DNA of 64,000 bases from Dethiobacter sp. (GTDB lineage Bacteria > Bacillota > Dethiobacteria > DTU022 > UBA8154). The notes beneath the pieces are model-generated. The model was not told the DNA's origin. It ran no database searches and was given only the letters and a program-made list of their open reading frames with translations. Shown here one piece after another: positions 46,572 to 56,200 of this stretch. The position numbers were made by a program, and so were the translations under genes. Location: positions 6,451 through 70,450 of the forward strand of contig DYEO01000002.1 of NCBI GenBank assembly GCA_020725665.1, in the 5' to 3' direction. Each line of letters opens with the position of its first letter. The stretch's first letter is position 1.

Positions 46572-46629
46572 GTAAAAAGGTGAAGTAAAAAGGTGAAGAG
46601 ACAAGGTGAAGAGACAAGGTGAAGAGACA
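46572..46629 (+). repeat. Tandem 13-bp repeats carrying an RBS-like AAGGTGA core (gtaaaaaggtgaa x2, gagacaaggtgaa x2 plus a partial copy) abutting the ABC ATPase start codon
   Basis: Read directly; ends at ATG 46630. Confidence 0.65.
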
Positions 46630-47334
46630 ATGAAAGTAATTCTCGAGGGTAAAGGGCTGATGAAGTGGTACCAGATGGGGGAAGTAAAGGTGGAGGCGCT
46701 GCGCGGCGTTGATTTTCAGATCTTCGAGGGCGAATTTGTGGTAGTGTTGGGGCCGAGCGGTTCGGGCAAGAGCACTATGTTGAATATGATCGGCGGTATG
46801 GACCAGGCCAGCGCGGGGGAGCTTTATTACCTACAGGAGCCCCTTCATCTGGCCGATGAAAAAAAGCTGACCTTTTACCGCCGCCATGCCGTGGGCTTTA
46901 TTTTCCAGTTCTATAATCTCATGCCCAACCTGACAGCCCTGGAAAACGTGCAGCTGGCGGCGGAGATCGCCGCCAACCCCCTCGATGCGGCCACCGTCCT
47001 GGAGGAAGTGGGGCTGGGTGATAGGGCGGGGCATTTTCCCTCCCAACTTTCCGGCGGTGAACAGCAGCGCGTGGCCGTGGCCCGTTCCATCGTGAAAAAC
47101 CCGGAGATCCTGCTCTGCGACGAGCCCACCGGAGCCCTCGATTTTACGACGGGGATCCAGGTGCTCAAGTTATTGAAAAAATTCCAGCAGGTGTACGGCA
47201 AAACGGTGATGGTGATCACGCATAATGCGGGGATCGCAGATATGGCCGACAGGGTCTTTCATATGAAAGACGGCAAGCTGGCAAAAGTATACGGCGTGGA
47301 AAAGCCCGTTGCTCCCGAAGAGGTGTCCTGGTAA
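46630..47334 (+). CDS. ABC transporter ATP-binding protein (MacB/LolD/FtsE-like)
   Basis: Walker A GPSGSGKST, signature LSGGEQQRVAVARS, Walker B ILLCDEPTGALD. Start moved to MKVILEGK. Confidence 0.85.
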   Translation: MKVILEGKGLMKWYQMGEVKVEALRGVDFQIFEGEFVVVLGPSGSGKSTMLNMIGGMDQASAGELYYLQEPLHLADEKKLTFYRRHAVGFIFQFYNLMPNLTALENVQLAAEIAANPLDAATVLEEVGLGDRAGHFPSQLSGGEQQRVAVARSIVKNPEILLCDEPTGALDFTTGIQVLKLLKKFQQVYGKTVMVITHNAGIADMADRVFHMKDGKLAKVYGVEKPVAPEEVSW

Positions 47335-49691
47335 TGCTGAAACGCAAAATGCTGCGGGATCTTATGGAAAACAAACTGGCTTACTTCGCCTGCCTGGTGA
47401 TTATCACCATCGGGTTGATGCTTTATACATCCGTCAACATTGTCATGGACAATCTTTACGAAGCCAGGGATACCTTTTACGAGGAAGCCCGTTTTGCCGA
47501 CGGATTTGCCCGCATCAGCGGCATGCCCGCAGCGCATGTGGGTCGTCTCGCCAGTCTTGAGGGGGTCGAGGAGATTGAAGGGCGGCTGGTTAAAGATGTG
47601 CGCGTTTTGTACCCTGACGCGGAAAGAAACGTATATCTACGTCTCGTTTCCCTGCCCGGCGAAAAGAGCAACCCGATCAATACCCCCCTGCTCATGGGGG
47701 GATCTCCTTTAAACCCGGACGGCAGGGAACTATGGGTCAACCCCGCTTTTTTTGAGGCCCAGGAGCTGGCATTGGGCGACGAAATCCCCCTGCTCGTGGA
47801 AGGCCGCTCCGTTCCCTTTACGATCGTGGGGACGGCCCAAAGTCCTGAATTTGTCTATGCCATGCGCACGGGCCGGGAACTGTATCCCATGCCCGAAACA
47901 TTCGGTATCGCCTACCTGCCTTTTTCCGTAATGAAGACGCTTTTCCGGGAGCAGGACCGGGTCAATGACCTGATCTTCCTGCTGCAGCCGGGATACTCTT
48001 TCGCCGAGGTGGAAGAAAGACTGAAGCCGCGCCTGGAAAACTACGGCCTGATCAGCATCTTCCCCCGGGAAAACCAGGCGAGCAACATGATTCTGGATAT
48101 GGAACTGCAGGGGCTCGAAGCCAGCGCCACGGCCATGCCTCTCCTCTTTCTGGGTATTGCCGGGGTGATTCTCTATATCCTTTTAAAACGCATGGTGGAA
48201 CAGCAGCGGGGCCAGATCGGCACGCTCAAAGCCTTTGGTTATACCGACAGGGAACTGGTCCTGCATTATCTCTCCTATGCCCTGCTACTGGGTTTTTGCG
48301 GCGGCATACTGGGAGGGTTTTTGGGAATCTGGCTCTCCTTCTCTTTTACGGAGATGTATGCCATGTTTTTTCAACTGCCCGGCCTGGGCAGTCAGCTATC
48401 CTATAAATACGTGGGGCTGGGCATAATCCTCTCCTTTATTTTCAGCGCCCTGGCCGGTTATTTCGGCTGCCGCGCTTCTTTAAAACTCCAGCCCGCGGAG
48501 GCGATGCGCCCCGCGGCGCCGCCGCCGGGCCGCCGCACGCGCCTGGAAGTCTGGCAATTTTACTGGAACCTGCTCACGGTGCAGGGGAAGATGGCCACGC
48601 GCAATCTCTTTCGCAACAAGCAGCGCAGTATCTTTACGCTGATCGGCATCATGTTTGCTTTCAGCATGATGGCCACCACCTGGTATTTCCACTCTGTTTC
48701 CGATTTGTTGATCTTTGACCAGTTTGAGAAAGTGCAGACACACGATGTGCAGGTCAATTTCATACGGCCCCTTTCCCTGAAAGAGATGGAACGGGAGTTG
48801 GGGCGCTTTCCCGGTGTCAGACGCCTGGAACCGATGCTGGAAGCCCCGGCCACGCTGAAACACCGCTGGCTGGAAAAAGATACCATAATCCTGGGGCTCC
48901 CCCATGACGCCTTTCTCTACAACATTTTAACGGATAAGGGAGAGCGGGTGGATCCGCCGCGCGGGGGTGTTGTGCTGGCGCAGCGCCTCGCCGACGAGTT
49001 GAGCGCAAGGGTGGGATCGGAACTGTACCTGGAAAGCTACTGGATTAAGGACCCGCTGCGCGTCAAGGTTGTGGGTGTTATCCCCCAGTACCTGGGAAGC
49101 AATGCTTACATGGAAATAGACGCCCTCAACAACCTGCTGGGCCTGGGCTCCATGGCCACCTCCGCATTGCTGGCCATGGAGCAAGAGGCAATCCCCCATT
49201 TATACAACCATTACCGGGAAGCGGAGCCTGTAGCGGCCGTGGAAGAGAGCGGGGCGCTCCTGGATACATTCGATGAGTTGATGGAATCCTTTGGCTACAT
49301 GCAGTACGTCTTTGCCGTTTTCGGCTTTATTATCGGATTTGCCATAATCTATAACTCCAGTATCGTCTCCCTCTCGGAAAGAAAAAGGGAACTGGCTTCA
49401 CTCAAGGTGATGGGTATGACCCCGGGCGAAGTGCTGCAGGTGCTTACCTTTGAACAGTGGCTGGTCAGCATTTTGGGCATGCTGGCGGGCATTCCTTTCA
49501 CGCTCATGCTCATGCATGCCATCTCCCAAGCCCTGGCCAACGACCTGTATTCCATACCCGTGCGGGTGGAAGCCGGTTTATATATAGTCGCCCTGCTGGG
49601 AACCGCCTTTTCCATCCTGGTGGCGCAGTGGACAATTGCGCGGCACCTACGGGGACTTTCCCTGGTGGAGGTTTTGAAGGAGAGGGACTAA
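47334..49691 (+). CDS. ABC transporter permease with two FtsX domains (MacB-type)
   Basis: 785 aa with two 4-TM FtsX modules and large extracytoplasmic domains; TAATG overlap with the ATPase gene. Confidence 0.8.
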   Translation: MLKRKMLRDLMENKLAYFACLVIITIGLMLYTSVNIVMDNLYEARDTFYEEARFADGFARISGMPAAHVGRLASLEGVEEIEGRLVKDVRVLYPDAERNVYLRLVSLPGEKSNPINTPLLMGGSPLNPDGRELWVNPAFFEAQELALGDEIPLLVEGRSVPFTIVGTAQSPEFVYAMRTGRELYPMPETFGIAYLPFSVMKTLFREQDRVNDLIFLLQPGYSFAEVEERLKPRLENYGLISIFPRENQASNMILDMELQGLEASATAMPLLFLGIAGVILYILLKRMVEQQRGQIGTLKAFGYTDRELVLHYLSYALLLGFCGGILGGFLGIWLSFSFTEMYAMFFQLPGLGSQLSYKYVGLGIILSFIFSALAGYFGCRASLKLQPAEAMRPAAPPPGRRTRLEVWQFYWNLLTVQGKMATRNLFRNKQRSIFTLIGIMFAFSMMATTWYFHSVSDLLIFDQFEKVQTHDVQVNFIRPLSLKEMERELGRFPGVRRLEPMLEAPATLKHRWLEKDTIILGLPHDAFLYNILTDKGERVDPPRGGVVLAQRLADELSARVGSELYLESYWIKDPLRVKVVGVIPQYLGSNAYMEIDALNNLLGLGSMATSALLAMEQEAIPHLYNHYREAEPVAAVEESGALLDTFDELMESFGYMQYVFAVFGFIIGFAIIYNSSIVSLSERKRELASLKVMGMTPGEVLQVLTFEQWLVSILGMLAGIPFTLMLMHAISQALANDLYSIPVRVEAGLYIVALLGTAFSILVAQWTIARHLRGLSLVEVLKERD

Positions 49692-49710
49692 TCGATTCAA
49701 GGGGGTAATA

Positions 49711-50970
49711 TTGTTGAAGAAAAAAGTGAAATGGATCCTGTGGTTCTTGCTAATCCTGGCCGTAGTTGCCTACTCTTTGTTTGCATATTTGCAACCGCTG
49801 GCAGCACCCCTGCTGGAGGTCCGGCCACAGGCCGTGGAGAAAAGTTTTACGGAATCAGGGACCGTAATCAGCGCCTTGGAGCAGGACCTTTTCAGCCTGG
49901 CCGGGGGGAAAATCCTGGCATTGCATACGCGGCAGGGAGCGGAGGTAAGGGCAGGCGACCTGCTCGTGGCCATGGATACGCAGGAACTGAAGTTTCAACT
50001 GGACCAACTAGAGGGTCAGCTTTTAAGCACGCAGGGCCAGGAAAGCATCGCCCTGAGAAATCCTTCCCCGGCCCACGCCGAACAACAGCGCCTGGCGATT
50101 AGGCAGGCAGAAATGCTGGTAGAAAGGGCGCAAACTGATTATGCGCATTTAACCGAGCTGCATGAGGCCGGAGCAGTCAGCCGCAAAACCCTGGAGGAAG
50201 GGGAAAATGCTCTCTTTGAAGCGGAAAATCTGCTGGCCCGGCAAAAACTGGCGCTGGACCTGCTGCATGAACAGCTTACGCCGCCGCCCGGCACACGGGA
50301 ACAATTTGCCGGCCTCAGGGAATCTCTACAGGCTCAAAAAGCTCTACTGGAACATCAAATAAATCAAAGTTCCGTTTTCGCCCCTTTTGACGGTATCATC
50401 AAGGATGTTTTCGTTAAAGAAGGCGCCGTTACGCTCCCCGGGACCCCCCTGCTCAGCATCTTTCAGCCGGGAAATTACCAGGTTGAGGTGTTTTTACTTA
50501 CCGGTGATATGGAACAGGTGCAGCCGGGAATGCCCGTAAGCATTACTTATGCCGGCAGTATCCGTGATTACCATTTTGAGGGAAAGGTTTACGCCGTTGC
50601 CCCCACAGCCGTGGAGACCGTCTCCGCCCTGGGTCTCGTGGAGCAGCGGGTTAAGGTAACAGTGGCGCCGGCAGGTAACATAGAGATACTGCGGCCTGGT
50701 TATGAAGTGGATGTAAAATTTGTGACCCACCGGGAAGAAGAAAAACTGTCCGTTCCCCGCACTGCTGTCTTTACGGACAACGGGACGGATGCGCTCTGGG
50801 TGGTGCAGCAGGGCAGGGCAGAAATCAGACAGGTGAAAAAAGGCCTGGAGACCGATGAAAAGGTAGTAATCGAGGAAGGTCTCCATTCCGGTGACCAGAT
50901 TATCCGCAACCCACGCCTGGCCGGACTGGCAGAGGGGAAACGGGTTGTAGGCCAGATCGGGAGACATTAA
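49711..50970 (+). CDS. HlyD-family periplasmic adaptor / membrane fusion protein
   Basis: N-terminal TM helix, coiled coils, C-terminal beta-barrel; TTG start. Confidence 0.7.
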   Translation: MLKKKVKWILWFLLILAVVAYSLFAYLQPLAAPLLEVRPQAVEKSFTESGTVISALEQDLFSLAGGKILALHTRQGAEVRAGDLLVAMDTQELKFQLDQLEGQLLSTQGQESIALRNPSPAHAEQQRLAIRQAEMLVERAQTDYAHLTELHEAGAVSRKTLEEGENALFEAENLLARQKLALDLLHEQLTPPPGTREQFAGLRESLQAQKALLEHQINQSSVFAPFDGIIKDVFVKEGAVTLPGTPLLSIFQPGNYQVEVFLLTGDMEQVQPGMPVSITYAGSIRDYHFEGKVYAVAPTAVETVSALGLVEQRVKVTVAPAGNIEILRPGYEVDVKFVTHREEEKLSVPRTAVFTDNGTDALWVVQQGRAEIRQVKKGLETDEKVVIEEGLHSGDQIIRNPRLAGLAEGKRVVGQIGRH

Positions 50971-50984
50971 ACAACAAAGGTTAA

Positions 50985-52877
50985 TTATTGGCGGGAGGCC
51001 AGGTAGCGCTTAATCCCCAAAGCCATGGCCTCGGCGGCCCGTCTTTGGAACGCCGGGTCGGCCAACAATTTTTCCTCCGCCGGGTTGGAGATATAAGCGA
51101 CTTCCACCAGCACGGCCGGTATCGGGCAACTGCGCAAAACAAGGAAGTTTGCTTGTCGCACTCCCTTATCCTCCCGCTGCAGGCGGTTGAGCAGTTCAAC
51201 CTGGATATAACCGGCCGGCGCCCTGCCGGAGGCAAGGTGGTAAAAAGTCATCGTTCCGGCGGCAGCACGATTGGTGGAGGCGTTGGCATGAACACTTATC
51301 AGCAGTTCAGCGCCGGAAATACTCGCCGTTGCGGCCCTGTCTTCCAGCGTTAAAGCCGTATCGCCCTGGCGGGTATAGATTACGGAATATCCTTCATTTA
51401 GGAGGATATTGCCCAGCTCCAGGGAAATGCTGCGCACAACATCCCGTTCCTTCAGCCCCGTGGGACCGATCGCCCCCGGATCTGAGCCGCCCCACTCGTG
51501 GAACGCTCCATGCCCCGGATCAATGACAATGACTCTGCCGCCAGGATCAATGGGCCGGATCTGGATAGTAATCACCCGACCATCAGGGTCCTGGGTCAGC
51601 GCATAGGAGGCCGACCCCTGCAAGTCGGCTACAATCCTTACAGTCCCGGCGTCAAACCGGCTCAGGCGAAAACGGGCAACAGGGCCGTGATTGACCTGGA
51701 GTGCGGGTGCCGGGTCTTCTTCAACTAGGCATGCCGGGAAATCGAAGACCAGGCGGGAGGGGTTCTCCAGACGGAACGACGCCGGCAGCTTTAGGGCTGA
51801 AGAGCCATTTACTTTCAACAGAACCCCGCTGCCGGACCGTTCAACCTCCACGCCGGTTATAGCCGGCAGATCACCGGCCATATGCTGTTCCCCTTCCGGA
51901 CCCCAGCGGCTGATCAACGCAGCCAAACGGCTCTTGTCCGCAGCAGTTTCCTGCCTCTGGGCATCATACCTTACGGCTACCAGCCAGCCGGCAAGCCAAC
52001 CGCTTCCGCCATCGGGCAGGCGAACCTCAAACCAGTTGTCTCTCTCACCCAGTACAACCAACTGCTGCCCCAGGGTTAACCTGGCAACAATCCCATAGTC
52101 CACTCCCGGACCGGAGCGAACATTGACCGATTCCTTCATAATCAGGGCCGAACGGGTAACACCCGAAGGTACGGCAAAATCCCGGAGGACTGTTTCACCG
52201 GAAGGTATCCCTCCCTGGAATTCAACCAGCCAGCCGGCAATCCAGCCTTTTCCCCCCTGGGGAATCTCCACCTGGAGCCAATCACCGTCTTCCGCCAGCA
52301 CAGACAGGCGGGTCCCCGCGGCAACCTGGGTCAAGCGGGAATAGTCCACTCCCGGCCCGGAGCGTATATTTACCAGGTCCCCGGTAACAGTTACAGTGCC
52401 GGCCCGGGGGTTGGCCGCCGGCTCAGGAGGCGGTGGCGGTGGGGGCGACTGGATGGCAACCGTCTGCTGTTCCTGCTCCCAGTTTACCTTCAGGCCAAAC
52501 GTTTCCGCCAGGAAACGCAGGGGGACCATGGTACGCCCTTCCCTGATGACAGCCGTTGTATCCATCCCCTGCTCTGTCCCGTTAACACGGGCCGCCTGCT
52601 GTCCAATATCAAGTTCAACAATGATACCGGGACGGGCAATCCTCACCCGTTGTTCCCCGGCATGCCATTCCACATAACAACCAAGGGCCTCCGATACTAA
52701 ACGCGCCGGGACCATGGTGCGGGCATTGTCGTCAATATAGGGCGGCACATCTGTTTGCACGGTCACTCCGTCAACGGTAATACTGACCGGTCCGGCAGCC
52801 TGCACGACGCCATAGCCTGTCCATAAAAACAAAACACCAAACGACGCGAGCAGACACGTTATGCGCCAAAATCGCAT
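50985..52877 (-). CDS. N-acetylmuramoyl-L-alanine amidase (Amidase_3, CwlC-like) with Cu-amine-oxidase-N, SH3b and AMIN-like domains
   Basis: C-terminal VIVIDPGHG...ISVHANA amidase_3 motifs; two SH3b repeats (GDLVNIRSGPGVDY..., SVNVRSGPGVDY...); PPPPPPPEP linker. Start moved to MRFWRITC, a signal peptide. Confidence 0.8.
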   Translation of the reverse strand: MRFWRITCLLASFGVLFLWTGYGVVQAAGPVSITVDGVTVQTDVPPYIDDNARTMVPARLVSEALGCYVEWHAGEQRVRIARPGIIVELDIGQQAARVNGTEQGMDTTAVIREGRTMVPLRFLAETFGLKVNWEQEQQTVAIQSPPPPPPPEPAANPRAGTVTVTGDLVNIRSGPGVDYSRLTQVAAGTRLSVLAEDGDWLQVEIPQGGKGWIAGWLVEFQGGIPSGETVLRDFAVPSGVTRSALIMKESVNVRSGPGVDYGIVARLTLGQQLVVLGERDNWFEVRLPDGGSGWLAGWLVAVRYDAQRQETAADKSRLAALISRWGPEGEQHMAGDLPAITGVEVERSGSGVLLKVNGSSALKLPASFRLENPSRLVFDFPACLVEEDPAPALQVNHGPVARFRLSRFDAGTVRIVADLQGSASYALTQDPDGRVITIQIRPIDPGGRVIVIDPGHGAFHEWGGSDPGAIGPTGLKERDVVRSISLELGNILLNEGYSVIYTRQGDTALTLEDRAATASISGAELLISVHANASTNRAAAGTMTFYHLASGRAPAGYIQVELLNRLQREDKGVRQANFLVLRSCPIPAVLVEVAYISNPAEEKLLADPAFQRRAAEAMALGIKRYLASRQ

Positions 52878-53010
52878 GTACACCCATCCTTTTGTAAAAA
52901 CAATATCAAAAACCCTCATTTTTCCTTATAACGTATCTCTTCCCAAAAAGATACGCCTTTTACGTTTGCCAATATATTGTAAGGGGATCTATCCTGAAAC
53001 ATCCTGTTTA

Positions 53011-53040
53011 AATAAAAATGGCTGGGGGAACGTCCCCAGC
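53011..53040 (-). terminator. Rho-independent terminator 3' of the DUF3048 gene
   Basis: gctggggga-acg-tccccagc hairpin followed by a T-run on the minus strand. Confidence 0.45.
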
Positions 53041-53155
53041 TACTCATTATCAAAAAGATGTTTAATCATTTTCAGCATCTTTGCCCAACGGGCGGGGCAT
53101 GCCTCGCCCCTACAGGAGGAAATGTCAACTGGATATTAGCAATAATTCCGGTTTT

Positions 53156-54484
53156 CTAGCGCCGTACCACCTGGATCCAGGTGCTGCCGGGGATGGGCTT
53201 TACCGGCATATCCGTCGCGTAGAAAAAGGTCGTTTGCCGGCCCTTATTTTCCCAGGTAATGTAGTATTTACGGCCCTTTTCATAAAGGAGGCCCTCACCG
53301 GAACCCTGCAGGTCGATATCTACCAGGCCTTCCGGGCCGGGAACATTGCGGTGGGAAGTCTCGCGAATGATAACCCTGTCCGCATAGTACTGCTTCCCCG
53401 TTTCCCGGTCGGTATGGGGGGTATCATTAATGTAGCGGTAGTATACCCCCTCTGTTTCGTCGTAAAGATAACTAACCCGGTTGTGCGCGGCATAATTGAC
53501 GGTGATGTCTTTACCCACCTGGTAGCCAACTTTAACCTCTTGCTCCAGGTCGTAAGTCCGCTCCACTGTCTGGATACGGTTCAAGGCAACGCGGTAGAGG
53601 TTGTCAATACAGGTACAGAGATTATGGGGTGCCTGCCGTGTGCGATCACGCCAGAAGTTGTCGCCCACATCACCGATCTGGAATAGGCCCAGCCCCGAGA
53701 CCATCTGCATTGTACGGGTGGAATACCCGCTGTGGGCGATGATCCCGCCATACTCCAGGGACTGGACAGCAAAATAGGGTCTCAGGCTGCGCACCGGTCC
53801 TATATCAAAATCTTCCAGGTGTTTCCTTTTATACACGGCAAGATAACGCGTGGTACCCCCCTCTACCAGGAATTCATAAACGATGTCGGCCTGTTGCAAC
53901 CCCGAGGAAGGCCGGGCTGCCGGGTAATTATTAATGACAACGCATATGGCGGGTTCAATTTCCTGTAAGGTTACTGTGGCAGGAGATGCCGGCAGGGCAT
54001 CTTCCTTCTCCCGGGTTTCCCGGGCTTCGAGCATCCGGGTAAAGTACTCTTGCAGCCGGAAAGAAATATTATAACTGATGCTGAACTTTTCCTCCCGTTC
54101 CTTCCTGCCCTGCTCGTAGAAGGCGAAATCCACACCGTCACCGGCAAAGACCAGTCGTAAAAAGTTATCCTCATCCCGGTAAAGGTCCACCATGTGGGTC
54201 CAGCCGGTATTTACATCCATATTCCGTTCTTTTTGAAAGGTCAGTGGAGCCAGTATCTCCAGGAATGCAGCGATGCTCTCCCGGTCTTCCACTTCTAGCT
54301 GTTCCCCGGTGGGGCCGTTTCTTATGATCAGCTGCTGCACTTCTTCTGCCTGGAGCATACTCAGATCACTGAAAGTATGAACAACCGGTCCCTTTTCCCT
54401 TAAAACTAGCACCACGAGCAAAGCAAGCAGCAGGGCAACACCGCCCAGCAGAAGATAAGTACGCTTTTTGGCAGGGATTTTCAA
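53156..54484 (-). CDS. DUF3048-family lipoprotein (YerB-like)
   Basis: N-terminal TM/signal anchor; central YLAVY...IGPVRSLRPYF and C-terminal DUF3048 features. Confidence 0.5.
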   Translation of the reverse strand: MKIPAKKRTYLLLGGVALLLALLVVLVLREKGPVVHTFSDLSMLQAEEVQQLIIRNGPTGEQLEVEDRESIAAFLEILAPLTFQKERNMDVNTGWTHMVDLYRDEDNFLRLVFAGDGVDFAFYEQGRKEREEKFSISYNISFRLQEYFTRMLEARETREKEDALPASPATVTLQEIEPAICVVINNYPAARPSSGLQQADIVYEFLVEGGTTRYLAVYKRKHLEDFDIGPVRSLRPYFAVQSLEYGGIIAHSGYSTRTMQMVSGLGLFQIGDVGDNFWRDRTRQAPHNLCTCIDNLYRVALNRIQTVERTYDLEQEVKVGYQVGKDITVNYAAHNRVSYLYDETEGVYYRYINDTPHTDRETGKQYYADRVIIRETSHRNVPGPEGLVDIDLQGSGEGLLYEKGRKYYITWENKGRQTTFFYATDMPVKPIPGSTWIQVVRR

Positions 54485-54700
54485 TTTAAGAACACCCTTT
54501 CTTCTTAGAAAAAATGCGTTAACAGCGGACGATCAATGTATTTGACCAAAATGTATAGTTGGGTAGGAAATGGGTAGGAAAATTATGGTTATAAAAAATG
54601 CGAATACCCCGCGAGCATCGATAATACAGGGTCTCCGCAACATGTAAGCTGGCACGCCCGTATAGCGGGTGGAATAACATTTAGGCTTTCTTTTTCAACC

Positions 54701-54910
54701 TTATTGAGCTACTACATAATCTGCCTCAGAAGAAGGTTCAGGAACGGGCAAGCCATCTTCCACAAGTCCTTCCAGGTGTAATACAAGTGCCTCAACAATT
54801 TTTTGCCGCGCTTCCTCTTTCGTTTTACCAGTTGCAACACACCCCGGAATATCCGGTAAATACGCAGAATAGTTTCCACCAGCCTTCTCAATAACAACAA
54901 GATATTTCAC
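54701..54910 (-). CDS. hicB: HicB-family antitoxin (UPF0150)
   Basis: MKYLVVIEKAGGNYSAYLPDIPGCVATGKTKEEA, the HicB N-terminal RNase-H-like fold; GTG start. Confidence 0.75.
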   Translation of the reverse strand: MKYLVVIEKAGGNYSAYLPDIPGCVATGKTKEEARQKIVEALVLHLEGLVEDGLPVPEPSSEADYVVAQ

Positions 54911-54911
54911 A

Positions 54912-55070
54912 TTAATCCCTCCCTTTTAAACCGGCTTGTTTCAAAATGCTGTTAAGCGTTCCTGGCGGGCCGCTTTTTTCCGGATGTTTATACTGTTTAT
55001 GGCTACCTTTTTGTCTTACCAGGTACCAGCCATCTTTTTCTATAAGCTTGATTGTCTCGCGGACTTTCAA
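54912..55070 (-). CDS. hicA: HicA-family mRNA interferase toxin
   Basis: LKVRETIKLIEKDGWYLVRQKGSHKQYKHPEKSG, a YcfA/HicA dsRBD-like motif. TTG start with an AAGGAGA RBS; the TAA stop is 1 nt before the hicB GTG. Confidence 0.65.
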   Translation of the reverse strand: MKVRETIKLIEKDGWYLVRQKGSHKQYKHPEKSGPPGTLNSILKQAGLKGRD

Positions 55071-55180
55071 TGTACATGTTCTCCTTGCGCATGCTCGCTT
55101 AATCCGTATTATAACATAGATTCAACAACAATTATAAACATTAGAATAAACTAACAATTATAAAATATTGAAAACATTTT

Positions 55181-56082
55181 TTGAAGGAATATTTTTATAT
55201 TCACAAAATCTATTTAGAGGTAACCAAATTTAATCAGCACCTAATCCTAAAACATACTCCAGACCTCCAGATATCCCTGCCCCCCAGACATCCTGCCCTG
55301 ATACAACATTTGCTTAAAACAATATCCTCCTGTAAAGGAATGTTTCGCTATTTGCAGAATATTATATGTATCTTGACCACAAGGCCGCCAAATACCTGTA
55401 TGGCTTGCCGCCAAAAAGAACATTATAGCTTGCGACTGGCGGAGCCGTTCAAATTCGAGAGGGTCCAGCGAGTTGAAGGCAGGGGCAGAAAACTACACCC
55501 CAACCTGGCCGGCCTTCTCTTATTGGGTAATCCCCGCTTGGCTGAAGCGTTCAAAAGGGTCGGTTTCATCGAACAAACAGGCCGGGGTGTGGATAAAATA
55601 TATATGGGGCAACTGCATTACGGCCGCCCTATTCCCGATTACAGCCGCAGCGACAGTGAGGGGCCTTAAATCACCTTTTCTTCGAACGCCGCGTGGATTC
55701 TGAAATCATCGGCAAACTCATTCAAAAGGGCACTACGGAGGGACATGCCGTCCTGGAGCACTTGGTGGAACGGGGCCTGCTCCAGTCCAAAGGGGAAAAA
55801 AGAGGTCGCGTATATCATCTTGCAGCCCCTATCTACGCAAAGCTGGGCCTGCCGCGGGAATACGTAAGAAGCCGGGGCTTCGAGCCCATCCAGCAGGAGC
55901 AGATGATCCTGCAGTACATTGACGCCCACGCCAAAATCACCCGGGCGGAGGCATCAAGCCTCTGTATGATAACTGTTTATCAGGCTTCAAAAAAGTTAAA
56001 AAAAATGTGTGATAAAGGCCTTATTCAAATGGTAGGGAAACCGCCCAAGGGCGCTTATTATATTCGTGCAATAAAAAAATAA
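55181..56082 (+). pseudogene. Frameshifted and N-terminally truncated gene for an AlbA_2/HATPase_c_4/HTH-type putative transcriptional regulator (RecG C-terminal-like)
   Basis: Two ORFs in different frames (55181-55669, 55693-56082) together match the C-terminal half (GLLLLGNPRLAEAFKRVGFIEQTGRG... and the HTH ITRAEASSLC...KGLIQMVGK). The N-terminal domain is absent. Confidence 0.5.
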
Positions 56083-56085
56083 GCT

Positions 56086-56165
56086 TGTAAATACAAGCCG
56101 GCTTGTATTTTACGAGCCATTCTTGTATTTAATCATTTTTCTTGTATTTATTTTAGTTTTCAGAT
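56086..56165. promoter_or_regulatory. Perfect palindrome gcttgta-aat-tacaagc plus three cttgtattt direct repeats between the decayed HTH gene and mod
   Basis: The hairpin plus T-run probably terminates the upstream gene; the repeated 9-mers at about 20-bp spacing lie upstream of mod. Confidence 0.4.
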
Positions 56166-56200
56166 GCCGTGGAATGCAAGTTTAGATACTTTTAAAGAAT

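Noticed and set aside
47440-49199. Multiple short ORFs (both strands) inside the FtsX permease gene
   Set aside because: All are internal or antisense to the 785-aa permease, which has a clear two-FtsX-domain architecture.
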